This document shows positions 56,721 through 64,000 of a DNA stretch of 64,000 bases, in pieces. Source of the DNA: a virus (lineage: Duplodnaviria > Caudoviricetes); IMG/VR virus record IMGVR_UViG_2706796752_000001, positions 64,001 through 128,000 of that record, one strand, 5' to 3'. A program made the translations under genes and the position numbers. The first letter of the stretch is position 1; every line of letters starts with the position of its first letter. The notes beneath the pieces were generated by a model that was given only the letters and a program-made list of their open reading frames with translations, was not told the DNA's origin and ran no database searches.

Positions 56721-56943
56721 TTGGAAGCATGAGATTATAGGTATCCCTGATGAGACGTGTAACATTGAATTAATCAAGAAAGACATCAAACACATTCGGA
56801 ACGCTATTAAAGATGCAGCTAATCGCAGCTACTGGAACTCTGTTGTTCACTTTGGTACATTGGCGCAAAAGAAAGAGGAAGAGCTTGCAGCACTAGAATC
56901 TAAGCAGGACTTGTATAACACTTTAATCGGAGCTAAGCTATGA
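56686..56943 (+). CDS. helical-hairpin microprotein
   Basis: RBS AGGAGG. Confidence 0.6.
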   Translation: MSSEKRISFMNDWKHEIIGIPDETCNIELIKKDIKHIRNAIKDAANRSYWNSVVHFGTLAQKKEEELAALESKQDLYNTLIGAKL

Positions 56944-57077
56944 CAGAAGAAGAAAAAGTAGAACGGTTTTGGGAGATATTCACAGAATTTCAACTAGCAG
57001 CAGGAATGACACATCAGGAGGCTCTCGATTACGTTATTGCAGAACTACAATACGACCTAAAATGTAAGGAGAGATAG
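56940..57077 (+). CDS. small hypothetical protein (45 aa, not in the ORF track)
   Basis: ATGA overlap; MTEEEKVERFWEIFTEF... Confidence 0.5.
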   Translation: MTEEEKVERFWEIFTEFQLAAGMTHQEALDYVIAELQYDLKCKER

Positions 57078-57078
57078 T

Positions 57079-57360
57079 ATGTTTAAGTTTTTTAAGAATA
57101 AGAGATATTATTATAAGACATGGACAGGCGAAACTATCAATAGTGAGATACTTGTCTATGGTAAACTGTATAAGGTGAAGATTTATCCTAATGAGATTAA
57201 ACGTAGAAACGGGTGGCTTGACGTAGAAGATGTTTACATGGAGTATTTTATACGACAAGAAGATTTCGATAAAGGGTGGCATATTCAAGCAGATAGTTAT
57301 ACGACAGCATTAATGAAACTAACAAGACACTTGACTGAGGAGGGGACTTATGTCTACTAA
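57079..57360 (+). CDS. hypothetical protein
   Basis: RBS AAGGAG. Confidence 0.6.
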   Translation: MFKFFKNKRYYYKTWTGETINSEILVYGKLYKVKIYPNEIKRRNGWLDVEDVYMEYFIRQEDFDKGWHIQADSYTTALMKLTRHLTEEGTYVY

Positions 57361-57580
57361 AACATTAACAGTTCGGGAAGCAATTGCTTATATGAGAAGA
57401 GCCGCAGAATTTAATGAAGATGTACTAGATATGCCTTTGCAGATTGTTATGAATGAACCGTCGCTAGGTGCAAGAGTATCAGTAGGAGTGAAAGGCTTAA
57501 CGATGGGTATCGATTGGGATTATGGTAGATTCATGATTACGCCTCAAGAAGGTTTAGTAAGGAAGTCGAAGATACGATGA
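57350..57580 (+). CDS. hypothetical protein
   Basis: RBS GAGGAGG. Confidence 0.6.
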   Translation: MSTKTLTVREAIAYMRRAAEFNEDVLDMPLQIVMNEPSLGARVSVGVKGLTMGIDWDYGRFMITPQEGLVRKSKIR

Positions 57581-58293
57581 GTAAACAAACATTCTATGAA
57601 GATGATGTGAAACAGCTGGTACTTAATAATAAGCGGCTGTTTCTCCCTTTTAAAGATATGAAATCTGTTGTGCTTAGTGAGAAAGGTATCGACATCAACT
57701 CAGTAATTGCAGACTTGTTAATCTTCCGTAGTGATGGTATATTGATAGGAGTGGAAGTTAAGACAGCTAGAGACTCGACTACACGCCTTAACAAGCAGCT
57801 TAGGGCATACAGTAAGATATGCGATTTAGTCTACGTTGTATGCGAAGATAAGCACGTTGAAAAGGTAGATGCTATTATTAAAGAGTACAAGCATCATGGA
57901 GTAGGTATTATTGCTTATACAGAGTTCCGCGGTGAAGGTATTCTCGGTATGTATAGTGAAGCTTATCCATCACCTAGACATGATGTGAAGGCAGCATTTA
58001 ATTCATTGTTCTGGAAAGAGGAGCTACTTAACATTGCTGGTTCCTTTAAACGACAAGTATCTACATTATCCGGTGATGGTGCTAAAGTAGGTTCCGCAGA
58101 TAGCCGAGGAGCAATCGGTATGAACGGTCTACTTGTTCAGTCTGGTGTGAGTTCTCGTATGAAGAAGAGTCAGATTGCATCACATATTGTAGAACGATTA
58201 GGACCAGATAGAGCTAAACATCTACTATGCAATATGTACATCAATGGTAAGATGCACCCAGAGAAGACATTAAATAAATATTATTTCCAATAG
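57577..58293 (+). CDS. PD-(D/E)XK nuclease-fold protein (MmcB/Sce7726-like)
   Basis: IADLL...GVEVKTARDSTTRLNKQLRAYSKICDLVYVV...GVGII. Confidence 0.75.
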   Translation: MSKQTFYEDDVKQLVLNNKRLFLPFKDMKSVVLSEKGIDINSVIADLLIFRSDGILIGVEVKTARDSTTRLNKQLRAYSKICDLVYVVCEDKHVEKVDAIIKEYKHHGVGIIAYTEFRGEGILGMYSEAYPSPRHDVKAAFNSLFWKEELLNIAGSFKRQVSTLSGDGAKVGSADSRGAIGMNGLLVQSGVSSRMKKSQIASHIVERLGPDRAKHLLCNMYINGKMHPEKTLNKYYFQ

Positions 58294-58302
58294 GGGGTTA
58301 CG

Positions 58303-58449
58303 ATGTTTAAGACAAAAGAGGAGTTTGAACTAGAGAAACGACAACATATGGTTATGAGAGAGATGGTAAAGTGTATGTTACTATGTTTAGTAGGGTTCCC
58401 TTTAGCTTTCTGTCTCTTGGTAATCTTAAAGTTTCTACAATATATTTAA
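58303..58449 (+). CDS. small membrane protein (48 aa, not in the ORF track)
   Basis: RBS AGGGGG; C-terminal hydrophobic helix. Confidence 0.55.
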   Translation: MFKTKEEFELEKRQHMVMREMVKCMLLCLVGFPLAFCLLVILKFLQYI

Positions 58450-58457
58450 ATTAGTAG

Positions 58458-58486
58458 TTTACAAACAAAAGATAGTATGATAGAAT
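58458..58486 (+). promoter_or_regulatory. sigmaA promoter
   Basis: TTTACA-N17-TAGAAT with TG. Confidence 0.75.
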
Positions 58487-58510
58487 GAAGTTAGTTAAGG
58501 AGGAGATAAC

Positions 58511-58813
58511 ATGTTTGCAATTACACTTGATAGAGATAAGTTGGACGAGCTTTGCAGCAAGAATACTAAAACATTAACAGAAATGGCTCTTAAACTAGCA
58601 GAAGAAACCGGAGAGATTGCTCAAGCAGTACTATCTGTTGAGAAGGCTCAGGGAAGTGCATACAAAGCGAAAGATGTAGCGGATGTAATCGAAGAACTAG
58701 TTGATGCAACTATGGTCATCGAGTCTATGTTACATCGACTTAAGGTAACGGACAGTGAGTTTAACGCAGTGTTCAATCAAAAACTTAAGAAATGGGAGGA
58801 GAAGACAAAATGA
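58511..58813 (+). CDS. MazG-like nucleoside triphosphate pyrophosphohydrolase
   Basis: LKLAEETGEIAQAV...IEELVD (ExxE...ExxD) with a KLKKWE tail. Confidence 0.85.
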   Translation: MFAITLDRDKLDELCSKNTKTLTEMALKLAEETGEIAQAVLSVEKAQGSAYKAKDVADVIEELVDATMVIESMLHRLKVTDSEFNAVFNQKLKKWEEKTK

Positions 58814-59388
58814 CGGATTCATTACAAGTAGGGCAAATTGAGGTATTTACAATCGGAGACATCGAGGAGCAGTTTTACCGACTAGGTATCAAACCAGTAA
58901 CACATTTAAAGTTTATCAGTCACACAAAAGAAGTTAAAGTAGCATCATTAACTCCGGCTGACTATACTAAACTAGTAAATGATATGTGTATCGATGATAG
59001 CAACTGGAAAGATGCTGGATGGAGTAATCCTGTCGGAAGCAACTTAGGCGTACCTACACACATAGCTACAGTTAATGGTCATGACATGTTATGTTGGTTA
59101 GAAGATGACTTAAATGATGACGATGAAGCTATTCTGAACGGATGGTATGTAGATATCTTTGAATACCTAGATATCGGTGTTGGTGCTACAACTTTTAAAA
59201 ATGCATCAGCAGTAATCAAAGACCTAGCTAAGTACAATAGTATGTCAATCACTAACTTCTTAATGAAGTATGTACAGGATGGAAAGATTTATTTATCTAG
59301 AGTGTTTATCCCTATTGATGGAGAACTGAAAGAGGTTACATTACACGGCACAGAATCTGGGCGTATAAGCTCTAAGGAGGAAAACTAG
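58810..59388 (+). CDS. hypothetical protein
   Basis: ATGA overlap; RBS GGAGGAG. Confidence 0.6.
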   Translation: MTDSLQVGQIEVFTIGDIEEQFYRLGIKPVTHLKFISHTKEVKVASLTPADYTKLVNDMCIDDSNWKDAGWSNPVGSNLGVPTHIATVNGHDMLCWLEDDLNDDDEAILNGWYVDIFEYLDIGVGATTFKNASAVIKDLAKYNSMSITNFLMKYVQDGKIYLSRVFIPIDGELKEVTLHGTESGRISSKEEN

Positions 59389-59389
59389 T

Positions 59390-59893
59390 ATGACAGAACG
59401 TAAACATGCAGTTACAGTAGGTGGTTGTGGTTCGGATGACACGCTAATGGTAGAAGTATATAACGACTTTGAACACAAAGTAGGGTACGCGTATAATTAT
59501 GTTAAAGTAGCTGATTTAAAAGAACAGCTAAAAGCAGTGAATATGAGATTGGTAGACGATAATGAGCCAAGAGATACACGTATGTTCCGTGTGTACAAAA
59601 TGAACGATTGTGATGTTGTAGCAGCTCGTGATGAGCGTGAGGCGAAGTCTTTCTACAAACAAGAGACTGGAATCGACCTAGAAATTGATGATGAGTATTA
59701 CGAAGGAGAAATCTCATTAAACGAGACGATGTTATTAGATGTTAATGAAGTGCCGATTGAGGACTACAGGGTATTCGGTTTTGAGTTTGTAGAAGTGTAT
59801 AACACGAAGTACTTCCGTACACCGTACTGGTATGTAATTGGTTGGCATAACATAAAAGAACCAACAGTAATCAGCTCAACGGAGGCGTTCTAA
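59390..59893 (+). CDS. hypothetical protein
   Basis: RBS AAGGAGG. Confidence 0.6.
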   Translation: MTERKHAVTVGGCGSDDTLMVEVYNDFEHKVGYAYNYVKVADLKEQLKAVNMRLVDDNEPRDTRMFRVYKMNDCDVVAARDEREAKSFYKQETGIDLEIDDEYYEGEISLNETMLLDVNEVPIEDYRVFGFEFVEVYNTKYFRTPYWYVIGWHNIKEPTVISSTEAF

Positions 59894-60234
59894 TGAAGAA
59901 GACACATATATTACAAAATTCCATTGTTTTACGAGATGAAAACAATATGAGAGCCGTTGATATGCCTAAAGGTACAGAAGTAGCCATTCTTCATAAGTTC
60001 GATGAAGAGAGCTACAGCGAAGGTAAAGCTGTTGTTATTTTTGATGGTAAAGAAGCAATAACTGTAGCAGCGAATATAGTTAATGAGAAAAAACTAACAT
60101 TAAAGCAGCATCAAGCCCTATGCCCTAAACACGCGAATGAACTATGGAGCACGTTCCCATATGAAACTATTATCATGAAGCGAGTATATACTAAAGAAGA
60201 GTGTGATGCATGTAAGGAGGAGTTCCATGGCTAA
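59893..60234 (+). CDS. hypothetical protein with a C-terminal Cys/His cluster
   Basis: TAATG coupling; LCPKH...ECDAC. Confidence 0.6.
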   Translation: MKKTHILQNSIVLRDENNMRAVDMPKGTEVAILHKFDEESYSEGKAVVIFDGKEAITVAANIVNEKKLTLKQHQALCPKHANELWSTFPYETIIMKRVYTKEECDACKEEFHG

Positions 60235-60421
60235 GTGGGTTCGAGTAGAGTATACAGAAACGATTCGTTCTGACTGTTATGTTAAGGCAGATAGCATTGA
60301 TGAAGTGAAAGACCTTATCCGAGCAGGAAAAACTTATGAGGATGATATTCTGGAGGCAGATTTAACTCTAGATACTGTTGTTACCATGTCAGATAAAGAG
60401 ATTGAAGAGGCGGGGTTATAG
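60227..60421 (+). CDS. hypothetical protein
   Basis: RBS AAGGAGG. Confidence 0.6.
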   Translation: MAKWVRVEYTETIRSDCYVKADSIDEVKDLIRAGKTYEDDILEADLTLDTVVTMSDKEIEEAGL

Positions 60422-60687
60422 TGGGTATCAATTATACAATCGCATGTCATACCTGTAAGAAGAAAATAGACTTATCTTTCCGCAGTTATTCCCGTGACTT
60501 CATTGCTAAGGTCGCAGGAGATATGATGATGTATTCGCATATCACACATCATATGCAGATTGTTCATGATATTACCGGATGGGATGAAGAGTATGATAAG
60601 ATTGAAGAGTTGGTCCAGTCTTATCAAGATTTTAGTGAAACAGAAATAAAAGATTTTATAGATGGTGTTATCGGTGAAGAAGAGTAG
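60421..60687 (+). CDS. hypothetical protein (CHTC...HITH zinc site)
   Basis: GTG start coupled to the upstream stop. Confidence 0.55.
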   Translation: MGINYTIACHTCKKKIDLSFRSYSRDFIAKVAGDMMMYSHITHHMQIVHDITGWDEEYDKIEELVQSYQDFSETEIKDFIDGVIGEEE

Positions 60688-61180
60688 CTTTAATTCTCGT
60701 TCACATTCCCGTGGGTTAGGCGCTCGCGGGATGAACGGGTTAAATGACAACGGACGTAACGCTATGCAAGGCGTACTGAAGAAGACTTCCGGTAATTACC
60801 GTGTAGAGTTCATTGAAGAGTTTAAGAACGTCACAGAGCGTAATGTGGAGCTTAAAGAGAAGTATGCACTAGAGTTAGTAGCTAAGCATACAGGAACTAG
60901 TATCGACATTATCAGACTAGTACCAAAAAGAAACGGAGAAGTTGTAACTTTAACTTGCCTTGATAGTGTTTACTATGTTAAAATAGGTACAACGATACTT
61001 GGTAAGGTTAGTATAAGGGTACAAAGAACGTTCCGAGGACGAAGTATTATGATAGTTTATAAGACTAAAGTACTTAAAGAGTCTGGAGAACGTAAAGCTT
61101 ATACGAGAAACGATACCTTCGTTAAGAAAACAAAAGGGGAGATAGCACATGACAAACGAAACCATTACAGAAACAACTAA
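60662..61180 (+). CDS. basic conserved hypothetical protein
   Basis: Long ORF overlapping both neighbours; start uncertain. Confidence 0.55.
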   Translation: MVLSVKKSSFNSRSHSRGLGARGMNGLNDNGRNAMQGVLKKTSGNYRVEFIEEFKNVTERNVELKEKYALELVAKHTGTSIDIIRLVPKRNGEVVTLTCLDSVYYVKIGTTILGKVSIRVQRTFRGRSIMIVYKTKVLKESGERKAYTRNDTFVKKTKGEIAHDKRNHYRNN

Positions 61181-62012
61181 ATTAGACCGAGTTAAACAAA
61201 TTTTAACATACGGTGATATGAAGATTTTAGGTATTCATTACACAAATGCTTACTTTGCTAAGAACCATATCACTCGCAGCTTCTACATTAAGGAGTTAAC
61301 TAAGATTGAGAGTGACAGAATTGACATTGGGTTCTTCTTACGATTACCTTATAACGACTTCCCAGCACTAGAATATACACTAAATATGTTCGAAATCTCA
61401 GGTAAAGGCGATGTGATGGGATATATTGCAGAGGGAGATATGCTGGACAAGCCACATCTAGAAGAAAAGATTACAAGTCACATGAGTTTATTCACAGCTG
61501 ATATGTTTGTTTCTCTAGAAAACCCTAATGTGGTCATCAAACCTCACACAATTAACAAGTATAAGGTGTACGAGGTTAAAATCAAGGACACAATGTTCAT
61601 CGATGAGCTAAATATTGACCAAGAAATCACGTTAATCATTGGTGATGCTAACTTTAATAGTGTTATCGGACTACTATCTACAGGCGAACCTACGATTAAG
61701 GACGTTAAAGTGTTTCTAGACTTACTTTCTAGCAAAAATGTTACAGGAAAAGCCTTCACAGGTATGATGATTGATACTCCGACGACGTTAGTTACGATGG
61801 AACCACGCACAGAGATGATGAGTATCCGTAAACGAGTAGGTACCGCTGGATATAACATTGAATCTGAAGACTCTACTGCATCAATTACAGGGTTATTTTT
61901 AGACGGAGTTAACAAAATTGTTGTTGATACAGACGGAATTACAAATGAAAAGTACATTGAGTTAAACAACGATGAGTTAGATACGTCAATTACTTTATAT
62001 TTCGAGGTGTAA
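61149..62012 (+). CDS. conserved hypothetical protein (287 aa)
   Basis: RBS AAAGGGGAG. Confidence 0.65.
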   Translation: MTNETITETTKLDRVKQILTYGDMKILGIHYTNAYFAKNHITRSFYIKELTKIESDRIDIGFFLRLPYNDFPALEYTLNMFEISGKGDVMGYIAEGDMLDKPHLEEKITSHMSLFTADMFVSLENPNVVIKPHTINKYKVYEVKIKDTMFIDELNIDQEITLIIGDANFNSVIGLLSTGEPTIKDVKVFLDLLSSKNVTGKAFTGMMIDTPTTLVTMEPRTEMMSIRKRVGTAGYNIESEDSTASITGLFLDGVNKIVVDTDGITNEKYIELNNDELDTSITLYFEV

Positions 62013-62014
62013 TT

Positions 62015-62278
62015 ATGGAAATTAAAGAGACTTTAGATAGTTTAAATCAAGAGATTGCAAATACTATCCTAAAATTAGGAGCTAAATCTAGAGAACAAGC
62101 AGGGATGTTGTCTAAGTTAGGTGATATCAGCGAAGAAATTGTGTATTTGAGTGCTATCTTAAAACAATACGAGGAAGACAGAAAGCGATATGAACGAATG
62201 AAGCGTATCGCAGATGCTGAACGTAAAATCACAGACCTTGATTGTGTCATGTTAAAGATGGGAGCGAGATTGACATGA
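62015..62278 (+). CDS. coiled-coil hypothetical protein
   Basis: RBS GAGGTG. Confidence 0.6.
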   Translation: MEIKETLDSLNQEIANTILKLGAKSREQAGMLSKLGDISEEIVYLSAILKQYEEDRKRYERMKRIADAERKITDLDCVMLKMGARLT

Positions 62279-62451
62279 TTAGTATAGACCCTTTTAGTCG
62301 AGATGGATACATGAATGATTGTATCTGGGTAGGTGGATGTATTGGATTCTTCGGTTTGTTATTTGGAGGATTGATTATCCATGGCACAAAGGAATTGAAC
62401 ACCGGATTATGGGTAAAGTTGTATAAATCCGTTAAATTAAGGAAGTTTTAA
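62275..62451 (+). CDS. small membrane protein
   Basis: ATGA overlap; WVGGCIGFFGLLFGGLII TM segment. Confidence 0.55.
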   Translation: MISIDPFSRDGYMNDCIWVGGCIGFFGLLFGGLIIHGTKELNTGLWVKLYKSVKLRKF

Positions 62452-62457
62452 GTTGAG

Positions 62458-62490
62458 AAAGTCTCACTATCTAGTGGGGCTTTTTATTTT
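62458..62490 (+). terminator. intrinsic terminator
   Basis: AAAGTCTCACTA-tc-TAGTGGGGCTTT plus T tract. Confidence 0.8.
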
Positions 62491-62748
62491 GTCTTGTTCG
62501 CGTTATTTACGAATATCTTGTACGACCTGTATTTTGTTTAATATCGTAAACGTAGTAGCTCCCTAAAATACATAACAAAGTAGTAGTGTTTTTTACATAA
62601 TTTACGTTTACGTTCCAAACAAGGTAATGCATCCGCTATATTAGACATAGTAGCAAAGACAGCTGTCATTACAGTGTTCTAAGCATATACAATTCATGCA
62701 AGATATTCCAAAAACGTAGACCATTAAGGTCAAAAGGAGACTATTAAA

Positions 62749-63444
62749 ATGACTAAAGATAAAAAGAAATTACAAGCAAGTTCGGTATTGGTGCAGCTAT
62801 ATAATAACAAGAAACTAGTAACCAAGGTAGACAATATGTTAGATGATGGTAGAACGTACGATTACATTATTGCTTTCTGTGAGGACCAAGGGTTCACAAT
62901 TAGTAAATCTTCTCTAACAAACTATAAGAAGAAGCGTGAGGAAGCTATTACAGAAGGCGTACCGTTAATCTCTTTACTTGACAAACGTGCAAAGGATAAC
63001 GTAACATATATTAGTGATAAGAGAGTGCAAGAATTTAATGAAGAGTCACAAGCAGCAGCAATGCCCTTCGGTGCAGTTGATAAAGTGAACAACGTATTCA
63101 ATGATGTAGAGTTCTTAGATACAGTTATCGCTAAAGCATTTGTAGGATTACAAGAGTTTGATATTATCGATATCCCTCTAGCAATCAAAGCTATGGAAGT
63201 TAAAGCTAAGATTACAAACAACGCGTTAGGCGGTCTATCAATCTCAGCATTAAAAGAAATGTCTATTAAAGTGAGAGCGAAGGAATCAGCATTAACTGAA
63301 GTTGTTATGAAGTACGTTCCGGAAGAATATCATGATGCTCTATTCGCAGACCTAGAGTTAGCAGAGAAGTCATTCTATGAGAACTTAGATTTAACAGAAG
63401 AAGATAGAAGAGTGAAAGATGCAATGCAAGCATTCGGTATTTAA
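62749..63444 (+). CDS. conserved HTH protein, candidate small terminase-like (Mu gp27/DUF3486-type)
   Basis: VDNMLDDGRTYDYIIAFCEDQGFTISKSSLTNYKK followed by long helices; RBS AAAGGAG. Confidence 0.6.
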   Translation: MTKDKKKLQASSVLVQLYNNKKLVTKVDNMLDDGRTYDYIIAFCEDQGFTISKSSLTNYKKKREEAITEGVPLISLLDKRAKDNVTYISDKRVQEFNEESQAAAMPFGAVDKVNNVFNDVEFLDTVIAKAFVGLQEFDIIDIPLAIKAMEVKAKITNNALGGLSISALKEMSIKVRAKESALTEVVMKYVPEEYHDALFADLELAEKSFYENLDLTEEDRRVKDAMQAFGI

Positions 63445-63456
63445 TAGAAAAACTTT

Positions 63457-63496
63457 TAAAAGAGTCCTTGACGGGGCTCTTTTTCTATGTTAAGAT
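63457..63496 (+). promoter_or_regulatory. terminator with an embedded sigmaA promoter
   Basis: AAAAGAGTCC...GGGCTCTTTT stem; TTGACG(63468)-N17-TAAGAT. Confidence 0.75.
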
Positions 63497-63538
63497 ATAA
63501 GTAAGTTAAGAAAACAAATTACTTGGAGGTAGTTAAAT

Positions 63539-63814
63539 ATGACGAAGGTAAACAAGGTTAGCAGCGTGACTGGATTAGTAACTTCTATGAAGAACAAATT
63601 GAAGGCAGCAGGATTTGAAGTAGGTAAGAATAACTCTTCTATTAAAGATGGTGAAAGTGTATTTGCTTATGGTAGTATCTACAACTGGTCAGGAGATATT
63701 ACGCTTTACACAAAAGACTACTATTTAGCAAAAGAAGTGTTGACAGATTTCGGTGCTCATGTTAAGATGAGAGTAGGTAAACCAGTTGTGGTTATCAAGT
63801 ATGAGTTAATATAG
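63539..63814 (+). CDS. hypothetical protein
   Basis: RBS GGAGGT. Confidence 0.65.
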   Translation: MTKVNKVSSVTGLVTSMKNKLKAAGFEVGKNNSSIKDGESVFAYGSIYNWSGDITLYTKDYYLAKEVLTDFGAHVKMRVGKPVVVIKYELI

Positions 63815-63825
63815 GAGGGTATGCA

Positions 63826-63996
63826 ATGAGGTGGAAGTTTTTCGAGTCATTGGCATCTACATTCGCAATGATGAGTGGAGCAGGTCTAGCGTTTACATGT
63901 ATGGAACCTAGCACTTCTAATCTAGTAATCACAGTAACATTCATGGTACTGACAGTTATAACGCATTTAGCGAGAGGAGAGAAACCAGTTGATTAA
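63826..63996 (+). CDS. small membrane protein (56 aa, not in the ORF track)
   Basis: RBS AGGAGGG; two hydrophobic segments. Confidence 0.55.
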   Translation: MRWKFFESLASTFAMMSGAGLAFTCMEPSTSNLVITVTFMVLTVITHLARGEKPVD

Positions 63997-64000
63997 TTTT

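Noticed and set aside
288-63221. All minus-strand ORFs in the track
   Set aside because: They lie antisense to well-supported + strand genes, lack RBSs and recognisable motifs, and look like codon-bias shadows.
1-64000. tRNA genes, CRISPR arrays, IS elements, integrase, DNA hypermodification enzymes
   Set aside because: No cloverleaf, spacer-repeat array, transposase, recombinase or recognisable base-modification enzyme was found by eye. tRNAscan-SE and HMM searches would confirm.

Overview
A 64-kb segment of a large lytic myophage of the SPO1/Twort-like type (Herelleviridae, most likely a Bacillus-infecting Bastillevirinae-like phage; this is inferred from gene order, protein families, Gram-positive RBSs and sigmaA-type promoters). 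Every credible gene is on the + strand. The order is: end of the tail/baseplate module (1-11349); DNA replication, recombination and nucleotide metabolism (SF2 helicase, two HTH/Rep-like proteins, DnaB-like helicase, SbcD/SbcC, primase, dUTPase, Holliday junction resolvase, class I RNR alpha and beta, flavodoxin, a frameshifted thioredoxin, HU-like protein, family A DNA polymerase split by a 239-nt group I intron, UvsY-like protein, SSB, RecA-like protein, sigma factor); holin and a virion protein; then many small accessory ORFs with a metallophosphoesterase, a PD-(D/E)XK protein, MazG and a candidate small-terminase-like HTH protein. The best hunt items are: a compact group I intron with no homing endonuclease; an array of UVR-like helical-hairpin microproteins; a candidate pseudoknot leader on the SSB gene, resembling the T4 gene 32 leader; an inverted DnaA-box-like repeat between two Rep-like genes; a repeat-rich spacer ahead of the TerS-like gene; a baseplate fusion protein; and a dUTPase with a large insertion and altered motifs. 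No tRNA, rRNA or CRISPR array was seen. All family assignments come from motif recognition by eye, not from database searches.
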